The notes under the pieces are model-generated. The model saw only the letters and a program-made list of their open reading frames with translations. It was not told the DNA's origin and did not search any database. The position numbers were made by a program, and so were the translations under genes. Shown in pieces: positions 39,944-54,949 of a stretch of DNA of 64,000 nt. Within the stretch, counting starts at the first letter, position 1. The number at the start of each line of letters is the position of its first letter. This DNA comes from the human T2T-CHM13v2.0 reference genome, Homo sapiens, in assembly GCF_009914755.1 (NCBI RefSeq), contig NC_060926.1. One strand, given 5' to 3'.

Positions 39944-41198
39944 TGAAGCCCTTCATACCACAACATGCAGTCTTGCGGCACAGACAGGGGTCTTTTCTGT
40001 ATTGTGCTCTCAGTTGCAACACAGAACATCAACAGGTACTGGGCAGTGTCTTCTCTATAGAGCAAAGGGGCCCAGTGATAAGGGGATGACTTCCTCCTGC
40101 CCTATAGACCAGTCTCCCAAACTTTCTCGACTGCATAGCCTTTCCTAGTTCTTTTTTTCCCTCTTCCTGGCTTCCTCCAGCTTTGCAACCTTCAAGTCAA
40201 ATTAGCCAAGTTGAATTTTATATGAGCTTAGTTTTATTTTTCACAGTGGAAGCTCCTCATCTCTTCATCAATAATAGACATCACTGTAACCCAAAGCTCT
40301 GTGGCTTTTCCAATAGAATCATGTTAATAAATATCTGGTGTTAGTTTGCTGTTGATAGCAACATTTCCAACTCTTTAGTGTTGGCCAAAAAAAAAAAAAA
40401 AAAAGAAAAAGAAAAAAAAGAAAAAGAAAGGAGTTGGCAAAAGCAGAGAAGAGCAGGCATGGTTTCTAGCCTTTCTCTCAAAATGTGAACCCTTAGTGCC
40501 CCTGAACTAGCTGGATGCCATTCTGGGGATAGAGCAGGTTTTACAGAAGCTTGTGTATTTATAATTTAGGGGTTTTCTTTAAGAAAAAGAGTATAAAACT
40601 ATAGATATATGGCTTGCAGTTCTTGAAAGTTGCTTGTGCAAGTGCAGTGGGGGCCCTTGAAAACCATCCTTCATTCAATTAATTTGCTTTCCATCTCTAT
40701 CATAATTTTTATAACTGGAGAAACTGAATCCTAGAGTAATGGAGCTGAGCATGAGTCAGCTTGAGAAGCTCTGGTTGCCCAGCCCTCCCTGCTGCAGGAC
40801 CTGCAGTTCGTCGTGAAGCTACATGGACTCGAAACACTCACAAAATCCCCAGCTCCCGGTTTCATTCACAGGCCATGCCAGAAGGGTAAAAACAGAAAGG
40901 TAAAAAATAAATATTTTTCAATGAACTCAGCCTCTGTGTGGGCAATAAGCTGCTTGGTTTGGTAGGAAGAACGCTGGGCTGGGAGTTGACAGGGGCAGTT
41001 GTTGTTCATTCTATTAAGCACTTAGGAAAATAGACGTGCTGATGCTGATTTTGAAACAGATTAATATTGAGCCAGATAACAAGTTTCTACTCCACATTAA
41101 TAGGAAAAAAATGGTGGATTCTGAGCTCAGTGGAGCTAAGAATTTAAAGAGGTAACCAGTTTTGTAAGAACAGGGAAGAAAAAGCCACTGCACCGCTT

Positions 41199-41510
41199 AA
41201 TCACTGTGACCGCCACAGCCCTTTGGGAGCAGAAGGTCACTTCTCAGAACTCCTCCCAATCACTGTGACCACCACAGCCCTTCGGGAGCAGAAGGCCACT
41301 TCTCAGAACTCCTCCCAATCACTGTGACCACTGCAGCCATGCAGGGGCAGAAGGCCACTTCTCAGAACCCCTCCCAATCACTGTGATCACCACAGCTCTG
41401 TGGGAGTAGAAGGTCACTTCTCAGAACCCCTCCCAATCACTGTGACCACTGCAGCCCTGCGGGAGCAGAAGGCCACTTCTCAGAACCCCACTTCTCAGAA
41501 CCCCCTCCCA
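41199..41510. repeat. Minisatellite/VNTR, 59-bp unit x5 plus a short internal duplication
   Basis: Units start at 41199, 41258, 41317, 41376 and 41435. Consensus ~aatcactgtgaccaccacagcccttygggagcagaaggycacttctcagaacycctccc. Confidence 0.97.
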
Positions 41511-41920
41511 GCCTCGAAGTCAAATCTGATGCCATCCCAAGGTCTTATACCTGGATTGCCTCTTCATGCCTTACCTTTTTGAAGGCATCTTTGAGACATC
41601 TTGATCAGTCTGTGCCTGTTTGTGACTTCAGTTTTGCCTCTAGACTCTCTTTCACGGATCAGCCTTGCCCAACCCGGGCCCCTGAGTCCATTCTGCAAGA
41701 TCCCACTTGTTCAGGATAGAGGTTGAGACCTTCATTTAAGGAAAGTCCTACCGATGATAAGACTCCAGTTTCTAACCTTGTCATCAAGGTTGTCATCCTG
41801 CAAGCAGGAATGATAATGTGTGGGGGTGGGGGATTGTCACATGATTTAAAACTCCGGTCCCAGCTACGTGCCTTGGAGGCCATTCTTGCTCCCGTTTCCT
41901 AACTTACAAAATTAGGGGCT

Positions 41921-42642
<722 letters not shown>

Positions 42643-42721
42643 AAAAGTAGGGGCTGGACCTAACCATCTTGAATGCCTTTTGCAGCTCCACACTTTGCAG
42701 ATGCTAAGTAAGAAGCAGCTG

Positions 42722-43022
42722 GGCCAGGTGCAGTGGCTCATGTCTGTAATCCCAGAACTTTGTGAGGATGAGGCAGGAGGATTTCTTGAGGCCAGGAGTT
42801 CAAGACCAGCCTGGGCAGCATAGCAAGACCCCGTCTCTACAGAAAAAAAAAATAGCCAGGCATGGTGGCTCAGCCCTGCAGTCCCAGCTACTTGGGGGGG
42901 CTGAGGCAGGAGGATTGCTTGAGCCCAGGAGGTCTAAGGCTTCAGCAAGCAGTGATCATGCCACTGCACTCCAGCCTGGGTGACAGAGCAAGACCTTTTC
43001 TCAAAAAAAAAAAAAAAAAAAA
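42722..43022 (+). mobile_element. AluJ-type
   Basis: ggccaggtgcagtggctca...gcttgagcccaggagg... followed by A tail. Confidence 0.9.
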
Positions 43023-44563
43023 GATTTAAAAGGCAGCCTGAACCCCTGACCCAGGGATGATGCAGGCTAGACGCAGGAAATAGGAACTGCTCTGGAAACC
43101 AGGACTGGAAGGGCCTGAGACGGAAATGGATGGACTCGGCTGGCTGAGCAAGGAATCTGGAATTTGAGGAAAGGCTCCCAGGAAGAGCCGCAGCCTCGGC
43201 TGGACAAAGCTGCAATCCATGTCACCCTTTGGCTTTAGCTAATCTGCATGGGGACCTGCCCTGACAGAGACAAACAAGCCTGAGGCACTTTCTGAGGAGG
43301 GGTGAGAGAAAAATGGAAGGCAGCATCTCTGAGCCTCTGTCCCAGATGGAGGCTGTGATGGGGAGGCCCCAGTCTCAATTCAACACATACAGTGAGTGTC
43401 TACTGTAAGCAGCTGAGCATCTTCTGTCTTCACACATACCCCTCAAACACATACTATACAGGCATATCTGCAAACACACTCATGTGACACATACACACCT
43501 CCCACAAACAACACAAAAATACATGCAAACACACACACATGGTATCTGGTATGACCTCTTCCTTGGAGCCAGGTTCTGGAACTGTGCCACAGCCTTATGA
43601 GGAGTTTTAGATCTGCAGTGACTAAATCCCCTTGGATAAAGTCCAACGAGGTCTTCTTGTTCCAAATTCTCCAGCAAATGCTGTTGCAGTGAGGTTCCTG
43701 CTGATGGACAGAATCACAAAGCCAGATGCTAGCTGAAGTGGTCATCTAGCACTTAAGGGAACGGGCAGGACACCCCTGCAAGTCTTCCCCGGGGATTATG
43801 GTTGCCTCGTGTTAATTCATTCTTGGAGGAACACATGGCCCAATCTCGATCCCAGAAGAGTCAATAAAATCTTCTTAGTGTGGAAATAGTGCAGAGTTAC
43901 CGTGGTTTAGAACCAGGCTCACAATATGATGCCCTCATTATCATTATCATTAAAGCATGACTTTTTGCCAGAATCTATCATTTTTGATTCAACACGAGTC
44001 CTCTTGCACATTCTCTCCCTCATGCACATAAGAATTGCTTTATAGTGGGAGATGGGGAGGCTTCTGGGATTGTGTTTGCAGGGTGGAAGCTCTCCTGGGG
44101 GCAGAGCAGGCACTTAAGAGAATGAAAAACACAGTAGTCCAATGGTATTGGTCCGAAAGTCTCTGGAAGGCACCCAAGCCCGAAGGTGTCTATGGACAGC
44201 AGACCACGTCTCCTACTCAACTAACCTTTCATCCTGTGGTTGAGGGGAGCCCGATACTTGGGTTGGCTAAAGCTTGAGGGCTCACCTACTTCAGATCTTT
44301 AGGTACAATTCGTCCTGTTCAGAGCTGCCCAGTGGCCCTGTTGCTAGTTAGGAAATGGGTTGGTAACCCTTGATCTTTTCTTTGGGGAAAAGTCAAATCC
44401 ATATGGTTCTTCAATAATCAGAAAAGGACAGCAAACACAGAGGACATTGGGGATGAGAGGAAAGCTTTGCAACTTTAAACGTCTAACAACTCGGCCATGA
44501 AGCCTAAGCATTGAAAGCAGCAGGTTTTGCAGGTTGTTAGTTCTCAAAGTGAACAGCTCCTTC

Positions 44564-45451
<888 letters not shown>

Positions 45452-46364
45452 TTTCCACCAGGGCCAAGACAAAAGTTCTCGAAGGCAGTGTTGTTTCAGC
45501 CGTGCTCCTGTTTTGTGCAGCAGCAGGAGTGCAGCTGATGCTAATCCAACAGACTCCAAGGGCTTTCCTGTGTGGGCAACTTCCGCCTCCCCCAAGGCAT
45601 CTCCTCCAGAGCAATTGCTAAGGGGAGCAGGGAAAGATGATGCTTTTCAGCTGTGACCTTTCTGCTAGGAAATCTCTCAGTTGATCAGTGCCTGATATGT
45701 TTAAAGTGATATTTGCAAGAAGGATGACCTTCATTAAATAAGGTCAAGGGCACCATTAGGGGAGGGAGCTGAGAGATGCCAGAAGAGTGACAAAGAGACA
45801 AAGACAGAATCACAGCCCTCCCCGGGGTTGTTGACTGAATTCTGAAAGACTGAAAAGTCTCTAAGGCAGCAACCACAGCTTTCCAACATTGAAGGGAGTC
45901 GAGTCACCTGCTGGTTTACCAGCAAACTCCCTGGATATGCAATAAATAAAAGCAAAGGGTAAAGGTGAGATCTGGCTGCCCAGGAGCTCAGTTGGCTGAA
46001 CGCTTAAAAGAGCTAAGGTATTTAATTTAATTCACCTGGTGAAAGGCAGGGATTTCAGCAGTTCTGTCTAGAAGTTTCTCATCCACTCTTAAAAAAAAAA
46101 AAAAAGCCAAAAGCCCAAAAGAGTTCCCTAAGGGCCCTGGGAAAAAGCAAGAAATAAATAGGACCATCAACTCTAGCTGCCAATGAATTTTTAAAGTCTG
46201 GTTTGCAATTACCTATAAAAACCAGACTATCAGAGCATTCTCAGGTAATATTCGAGGTAAAAGAGTATTCTTGGGGCCTCAGAGGTCTGATTTCTTCAGT
46301 TTTGTCTTCATGGTTTCTCCCCTAGGTCCTTTGAAATACCAGCATGGTTCATGCAGAGAAGAAA

Positions 46365-46510
46365 CAGTGTGATAAACAAAAGAGCATGTGTCTGGGGTCA
46401 AGGATATCTGTATTTCTAACCCGGCTCTGCCTTTTCCTAGCTAGGTAGTTCTGGGCAAGTTATCAAATTCTCTTAGCCCGAGTTTCATTATCTGCAGAAG
46501 GGAATGATCA
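46365..46510 (+). mobile_element. MIR
   Basis: cccggctctgcc...tagctaggtagttctgggcaagttatc...agtttcattatctg. Confidence 0.6.
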
Positions 46511-46519
46511 TTTGGTGTT

Positions 46520-46960
46520 TTGTGGGCTGCAATCCCAGAAAGCCTAAGGCTAAATGCTGAAACAACAAAGGGGTTGACTGGCTGGCATCACTGAGCCCAG
46601 AGCACCAGCCATAGCCCCTTCCAGGCCCTCCCGCACCCTTTCTCTGCGAGTTCTTGGCTCTTCTCTCTGCTATGTATTGAGCAGCACAGAAATGGATGAG
46701 GTCTTATATCCATACACTAGGAAGTCAGTGGAAAGACACATCTCTAGTAACTCTCTTTTAAGATAAAGCAAACTTCTTTCCCAGAAGCACTTAGCTAACT
46801 TCCTCTTGTTTCCTATTGGCCCAAAGAAGTCACACCTCATTTCTCAACAAATTGTTGTGGCAAGGAGATTGGCCTTGAGCTGTGTTCCTCAGCCTGTTGA
46901 TCACAAAAGACTCCTTTTGGATCAGTGAAGCCCTCCCTTGGAGCTGGGAGTGCAGTCCTC
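46520..46960 (-). mobile_element. Old MLT1 (J/K/L-type) fragment
   Basis: ctttcccagaagc...cttcctcttgtttcctattggcccaaa...gtcacac. Confidence 0.45.
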
Positions 46961-47525
46961 TTACTGGGACAGCCAAGGGCTGGGGAGAGCAGGAGTCATA
47001 TTTGGGGAGAGGAAATGGATCTCTTGCTTAGATAGGCAGCAATTCCAATTCACAGAAGGTGGTGGGAATTAAATGAGATGTGTGAAAGCACTTAGCCCAG
47101 CCCCTGACACATAGTAAATACAATAAGAGGGAGTAAGAGAGAGTAAATACAGTAAGAGAGAGGAAGGCAGAAGGTGGGGAAGAATACCACAGATGAAGTG
47201 AAACCAGAAATGAATCACTCACATATCTGGGGGGCTACAGCTTAGAGAGCGTGCTTCTAGTTACCTTGAAATCTATTCCAATAGCTAACCCACCACCACC
47301 ACACTAGTGCTCAACCCCACTCCCCACCCCAAATGCAAACATTTCATGTATTAGGGTCAAGACCATCCTCAGGATGCTTCTAAACTCTGGAGTAGAAATC
47401 AGAAGACCACTTACTGGCTGGAAGACACAATTCGTCTGAGCCTTAATTTCCCCCCATTGATTTGCTCTTAATTTCCACCTTTGTAAGTGGCCTTATATCG
47501 TTCCCATAGATGCCCAAAATGCCAC

Positions 47526-47719
47526 AATACTGTCCAGCAGAACTTTCTGCAAGGATGGAAATGGTTTTTGTGCTGTCCAGTATGGTAGCCACTGGCCAAA
47601 TGTGGCTACTGAGCACTTGAAACATGGCTAGTTCAACTTAGGAGTTGAATTTTTTGTTTTAGCTACTTTTAATTTAAATAGCCACATATGGCCAGTGGCT
47701 ACCATAATGGGTAGTGTAG
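47526..47719. mobile_element. MER3 (hAT-Charlie)
   Basis: ctgtccagcagaactttctgc...tatggtagccactggccaaatgtggctactgagcacttgaaa...aatagccacatatggccagtggctacc. Confidence 0.85.
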
Positions 47720-49164
47720 CTCCAGACTGTACCCTCCTGAAGCCTGAGACAGAAGTTTCTGCTTCCTCTGCACCTCACCACTGCCTTGAGTCAAGCATGG
47801 GGCCCTTGGAGGGCCTCCCGTAAATGCATGTCACCAACTAGCTAAGTGCTCCCAGTTTGCACAGAATCATGAATAGACCTGCTCAGCATAGGTGAAGTGA
47901 CTGAGCCCTTGTGGTGTAATGGAGAAAAACAGAACTAACCTGGGCACTGAGAGTGAGCGCCGCCTGCTCCACTCTCTGCAGCAATGGATTGCCGCACTCT
48001 CCAGGCCATGTCAGTCTGTCCTCACAGGGCTTTGCATGTGTGCGTGTTGGTTGTGTGTTGCATGAGAATGGCCCTGGGAGGGTGAGAGGAGCTGCCTGCT
48101 CCTCCAGCCCTGCCTCCCCAGTGGCTGGCCTCTGTCCTGTCTGCTGCTCACTTGAGGCACTTGCTGAGATGATACAGGCTTGAAAAGAGGAGGGGGGAAA
48201 AACACACTCCTAGAGCTGAGGGCCTGAATGCATTCTCTCCTGACGGCTGAGAGATCACCCCTTCCACCACTGCGTTCAGCCAGCGCCCCCACTGACACCC
48301 TCCCGGGAGTAACAATAGGCCTTTTCTTCTCCGAGCACTGAATGTTTCCATTGGCGCACTTCACCTCCCTCCTGGCGGGAAAGGCCACAGCTGATGGCTC
48401 CGCGGCATCCTCAGGGAGCTGTGATGCCTTCCCCCCATTGTCATCAAGATGATCAAAGCTCTGCCATCTTTAAATCGACTCCAGGAGGTTCATATTTAGG
48501 GCTTGCCTTCAGCTGGGGCAGGGAGTAGCATCCTTACAAAAATCCCCTGCTTCTGAACTGAGCCATGAAGCTTGATTCACTGACAAAAATCTCATCCTCT
48601 TCTCAGGTATTTATCACGGTCTGTGCACCACCTAGAGGCCGCTGTCTTAAACTCTTTCCAGTAAGCAACCTGTCTCCTTCCCTCACCAACAGAAAGACCC
48701 CAGAAATGCTGTGTTTCCTGAGTAGACTCCACTGTGCTTCTACTTTCTCAAAGTTGGCTTTCTGTGATCCCACGCACCTCTCACGGAGTCCTTAGACTGA
48801 AGCAGACCTGCTCAACCAGGACAGCTTTCTAACACTTTCTAGCCTCTGTCAAAAGAAAAAAACTTTTCGGTTTGTCTTCAGAAGTAAGAAAGGTACCTAG
48901 GAAAGATGAGCTGAGCCTTCCTGCTGATGTCCAAACCCACGCGAGCTCTCAGTGCTAGGAGATGCTTGCAGCTGCCTGACGGGCACTCCTGGCTGGGTCT
49001 TCCCATATGGGGCTCATTCTCCCAGGACTGGAGATCCTGTCCACTTCACCCTCCCTCCCATGACCATGTCGCTGCCACACAACACAGATTAGGAGCTGTC
49101 CCCAGGGGATGACACCATTTTGGGGGAATTGATATCAAATATGTTATTGTTGTCATTGTTTGCT

Positions 49165-49440
49165 CTGGTTTATTGTGGCAAAATATATATATATATAACA
49201 TAACATTTACCCTTTAGCTTTTTTTTTAATTGAATGATTCAGTGCTGTGCAACTGTCACCCCCATCCATTTCCAGTACATTTTCATCATTCCAAACAAAA
49301 ACTCCATGCCCATTAAACAATAACTCCTCCTTCTTCCTTCCCCTCAGCTTCTGGTAACCTCTACCCTACTTTCTGTCTCTGTGACTTTGCCTATTCTGGG
49401 TACCCCCTATAAGTGGAATCATACAATATTTGTATGGCTG
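49165..49440 (-). mobile_element. L1MB 3'-terminal fragment
   Basis: aacatttaccc...ccatccatttccagtacattttcatcattccaaac...ctactttctgtctctgtgactttgcctattctgg...aagtggaatcatacaatatttg. Confidence 0.8.
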
Positions 49441-51054
49441 TGTCTGTGAAAACTGCTGCGGTCTACAGGAAAGGCAGAGCCAAGTTCAAACTTCTCAAAA
49501 CAAACAAGGAAGAGTCCATTGTTTGGGAGCTTGGGCAAATCAAGCCTCAGCTGGTGTTTACTATCTCCATTTTGAAGTGATCTGAAGAAAGCTCCACTGC
49601 AGAGCTGCGGGTAACTAGAGGATCTGACCCTGGAGGTTTGAGGGCAGGCAGGAGGCAGCTCTGAGTGTCTGGACGTGTCGGCGTGGAAGTTTCTGGATTT
49701 GCGTGTCTGGATATAACCTCAGGATTCAAGGGGGAGTGATGTCTACACTTCTTTCTTCCTGCATTTGACAGAGAACTGATGATGTACTTTACAGTCATTT
49801 TCTTATTACACTAACAGAACGGACCCTTTTGTAATATAAATGGCTATTACTATTTGTGTAGGTTTCAATTATTTTTATATTATGAAACTACAATTCTGTA
49901 AATGCTGCATCCCAGGGAGAAAGGGATTGGAGCACCAGAGTGAGTCATTGTAACAGTGACAATTAACATTTATACAGCATTTAAAGGTTGATAAAGCAGC
50001 TTTCATAACCGTGATCTCATTTCTTATAATAAGCAGAGAATATAAAAAAGTAGGAAGAGTTTATAAGAGACACCCAGAAAAGATGCATCATTTATTGGTT
50101 TCAAGAAAATAATGATCATCTCAGATCTGCAAATGGGATTTAAACCTTAGATATCTCCTTGGCTGAAAAGAGGGACTCAGTAGGAGTTCCCTGCCCCCAC
50201 CCACTCCCACCAGGAACAAGAAAACTGCATATGAGAGAAAAGCATATTTGACTAGGAATTATAGGAAATTTGAGATGTTCAGGACACACCCTCCTAAAGC
50301 TGACCTCTAAGCCAAGCTTTCTCAGTCCGTAAGTAGGAAACATTGGGTTGATTAATAGTATTTCTTTGCAGGACTTCTCAGATCCTTTAATATGCTAATG
50401 TGCATTTTGACTTCCCAGAGTGAGACTAGAGTATACAGTGCTTCCCACACATAGTTGATAATGGAATCGTGTTTGAGATTAATGTTCCTAAGGACACACT
50501 TTGGGAAGTGCAGACTAAAATGGGTGGGTCCCTGAACCCAGGAGAAACCAGGACCACCAAAACGTGGATACAAAGAGCTTTCCAGAGAGGTAAAGGAGGC
50601 TGATGATCTAAGCAGAATGGTCTGAAGCTCAGAAAAAAATGGAACCAGCAGAGGCTTACTCCTGGAGTGGGTACAGGGCAAGTCTGAGAGCAGAACGTCC
50701 AGCCGCAGAGCTTCTGTGGTGGCCTGGCCCGCTTGAGTGTGGTCAGGGCAGCATCTTTCCTTCCATCTTCACCAGGTTGGCAGCAATTGGGTCAGGAAAG
50801 ACCCATGTCCCCGAAGTTCACAGAGAGTCTCTCAAACTGTTCACACCCCCCATACGGGAATGCAAGGAACCTCAAATCATTTAGTCCTATGGAAACTGCA
50901 CTTAAAAGGAGTCACCAATCCAGATTTGGGAACCCCTCCATCATACTTTTTGGATGACATGTTTGTTTGAATGGGATTTAATTTTTATCATATGTTATAA
51001 ACGTTATTGAAACTTTGCTTCCCAAGCCCTTTAAATCAGAATCCTAGTAATAGC

Positions 51055-51305
51055 TGTCACTTTGAGCTGCTTTCTGGGTGCCAAACACTGTGCTAAGCAC
51101 TCTGCATCTACATCATTATCAGACTCTCACAAGCCTTTGCGGGAGTCTTGATTACTTTCTTTATTTCACAGATGAGGAAACTGTGTCTTAGAAATGTTAG
51201 GTGTCTTGTCATTGATCACACAGTTAGTAGGTGATAGAGCCCAGATGCTTACTCAAGTAATCTGGCATTAGAGGCTCCACGGTTAACCATGAGGCTTTAC
51301 TGCCT
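51055..51305 (-). mobile_element. MIR
   Basis: gtgccaaacactgtgctaagcact...acagatgaggaaactg. Confidence 0.75.
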
Positions 51306-51311
51306 CAACAT

Positions 51312-51783
51312 ATGTGGAAAAGAGGACAGGCTGCCCCACCTCCATGTTCATTGTCTCTGGCAACCCTTCCAAGAGAATCTCAGTTTATTCCAGGAAGCCA
51401 AGTCTGTATTTCTCAGCCTGCCTTTCAGCTAGGTACGCTCAATGAAGCAGAAGTTGTCAGGTGTAGCTTCTGGGATGGCTACTTTAAAAAGCTACCCTGC
51501 TTCAAGACACACCTTGTTGACCATTTTTCTGCATCCTTTTGCCTAACACCTGGATGTGATGGCTGGTGTGTCAGCAGCCATCCTGAACCCAAAGCAGGTG
51601 ACGTACCTCACCTGCTAAGGATGGCAAAGCAGGAAGGTAGAAGTCTGGGTTCCTAACAGTCATGGAACCCACATGCCAGCTATGGACTGCATACCTCTAG
51701 AGAGAAACTAGCTTTATTGTATTTAAACCACCTTTATTTGGGTTTTCTATTCTATGCAGATGAAGCTAATACTAACAGATACA
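51312..51783 (+). mobile_element. Old MLT1 (I/J-type) LTR
   Basis: ttctcagcctgcctttcagctagg...gcagccatcctgaacc...tgctaaggatggcaaagcaggaag...ctaatactaacagataca. Confidence 0.65.
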
Positions 51784-52980
51784 CAAGCCCATATTTCAAA
51801 TTGTGCTTCCTGGTCTTTATTTCCAACTGCCTGCCCCATCAATGAATAGTTTCCTCCATTAAGCTCTGTTTCTCTTCCACAACCCATTCCCCGGGGATGC
51901 ATGTTCCCTGCCTCTGTGACTCAAGTCTGAAGTCCCAGTTTTCCACATCCACCCAGCCTCTGCCTTTCTAGATCTTACAATTAATACCGTAACCAGACAG
52001 CTGGGCCCTGTATTCTTTTCAGCATCATTCAAAATAGCAATAGGAATGTTTTATACCAACAGCTGTTGAGGGAGAAGCATGGTTTGGTGTAAAAAGCACT
52101 TGACCTGGTAGAAAAATAAGGGGGTGACTCTATCCTTTGTAAGCTGCAATGATGTAAAGAATCAGTAGGTGATGTCTTCCTCAACATGGGTCTGAGACCC
52201 CCTGACTCAGCAGTAATGACTTTTCCATTTTATAGAAAGCAGATGGGATTTTAATGGACTGTGACTATTGTCTATTTTCTTTAAGCAACATACACCAAGA
52301 TCTATGCACTCTTACAGGTGATAGTATGCATAGCTGCAAAAAGAAAGGTAATATTTACAACTTCCTACTTAAACCCTTTCCTTTAGAAATCAGACTTCTT
52401 TCCTCCCCCTCCCACCCCCCAAAAATAAATAAATAAATAAATGAAGGAGACATGGATCCTTCTGTTTTCTAGATGACATAAGAGAGTCATGATTGAACAG
52501 CACCACAATGCCACCTTTTTTGCCCTAAAGAAAACAATAAAATGGAGCACTTCTGGATATAATAAGCATTCCTTCCACTCTTGGGGAAGGAAAAGGGGGT
52601 AGAGTTTGGGCAGAGCAATGGAGGACTCCTTGGGTAGCTGGCAAATTTCTGTCTTCCAACACAGATATTCGTTACAAGAATTTTGGCCTTATTTAGAATC
52701 CACTTGTTTTATGCCATATTCTGTATCTGTGTTTTATTTAACATAAAAGGTTAAAAGGAGGGGAGAGATCACATCTTCCCACTGGAAATGTCTCTTAGTC
52801 ATGTTCCTTTGTAGATAGCAAAGGGATTTTTTTCTACCATCCATCCCCATCAGCAAGGAAGCAATGCTAGCTCCCAAAAATGGAAAGATCCCATTTCTGC
52901 AGGTGGAGACGTGACAATAAGACAATATCAATTGCTCACATTTCCCTGAGTACCTACTCCAGCTAGTTACAATTGAAGAA

Positions 52981-52984
<4 letters not shown>

Positions 52985-53018
<34 letters not shown>
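52985..53018. repeat. (TG)n microsatellite, about 17 perfect units
   Basis: Seen directly. Confidence 0.97.
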
Positions 53019-53019
<1 letters not shown>

Positions 53020-53020
<1 letters not shown>

Positions 53021-53175
53021 CTAATCTTTTAGCAACCCCTTGAGACAGGTACTTTCATCATCCTCATTTTACAGATGGAGAGACTGAGGCACAGAGTGGT
53101 AGATCAACTTGCAGTTAGTGAGTTCTGAGGTCAGAATTGAAATACAGGCAGTCTGGGTTTTGCTTCCAATCCATT
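53020..53175 (-). mobile_element. MIR
   Basis: cctcattttacagatggagagactgaggcacagag. Confidence 0.75.
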
Positions 53176-53202
53176 TGACTGGGAGGGTGGGAGGGGACCT
53201 GC

Positions 53203-53315
53203 TAGAGTGGCCAACTGTCTCAGTGTGCCCAGGACTTTGGGGTTTCCTGGGACATGGGACTTTCACTGTGAAAACTGGGCAAGTCCCAGGTAAACTGTAA
53301 CAGCTGATCACCCTA
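53203..53315 (-). mobile_element. MER81 (hAT-Blackjack MITE)
   Basis: TIRs tagagtggccaac / gctgatcacccta; internal ggggtttcctgggacatgggactttca. Confidence 0.8.
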
Positions 53316-54094
53316 GATGGGCTCCTCTCTGCATGTCTCAGATGCAGGGACAATCTCCCCTAAAACAAAACTCAGGTGACAGCTGGGTCATTACGATGCA
53401 TCTGTGAGCCACAAATCCCCATCAGTGTGCACACCAAGAAACAAAGAGGTCTGGTGGCTCAGAGCCCTCCCTGGGATTGAGTCAACTTCCTAATACAGAA
53501 AGCTGAATTCATCTTGACACTTAGAAAAAAAATCAATAGTAGCATAGGATTGGTTTGAATGAGAACAAAATTTACATTTCTTTATATTGGGCCATAAATC
53601 CTCCTTGGACTTCCCATCAGTCTAGACCATGTTTAATTCTGTCAGTCACTCTGAGACAGTACGGAGGTCTTAGAGACAAGGATTTGTGCACACTGCTATA
53701 ATCCCTTGCTGTGGAACAGGGCTCAGGGCATCCACAAATGTCACACGCACCTCTGCAGCTGACTCGGAGCTGTTAACAGTGTTCAGCTCATTGTTGGTGG
53801 GGATATGATTCAGCAGAGGACACACAACTTGCCACCGGCATCCCTTTCCTCTGGTGTATAATGAATAGGAGAGGCATACATGTAATTGCAGAGTCACAGA
53901 GGTGGAAGGGACACAGGGGGAGGTGTGTAGCCAGGGCTCTGTGGGGAGGTGTTTGATTCTGCAGTTGGTAGCAGGGGGATAGGGGAGCAAGGACATAAAA
54001 AATGACAACTGTCTGACTAAATTTCATTCACATTCCTCACTATATCTCCTTCTATGTTCATTCAACAAATATTCATTAAGCACCTGCTCAGTGT

Positions 54095-54690
<596 letters not shown>

Positions 54691-54949
54691 ATTGTGACCC
54701 TGGGTGACAGTGACCCTGGGTGAGTGCTTTAGTTCCCTCCTCCACAGAATGGGGATAACTAGTACCAACCTCTGAGGATCAATGAGCTAATAAATACATA
54801 AAACTCTCAAAGCCGTGCATTGAATGTAGTAAGTGCCATTTAGGAATTTGCCATTATTTTATTTTTATATGCCGGTTATGAACCACTGTGTTCGTTTCAC
54901 ACCCCACATTTTAAAGACCATTGCTCACATAATGTGATTCCAACATGGT

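Noticed and set aside
39433-40065. Longest ORF in the track (210 aa, minus strand)
   Set aside because: Mostly antisense to a decayed L2, with no recognisable domain or coding-like composition.
41199-41510. Regularly spaced repeats resembling a CRISPR array
   Set aside because: The whole 59-bp unit repeats with no unique spacers, the context is eukaryotic and there are no cas genes. It is a minisatellite.
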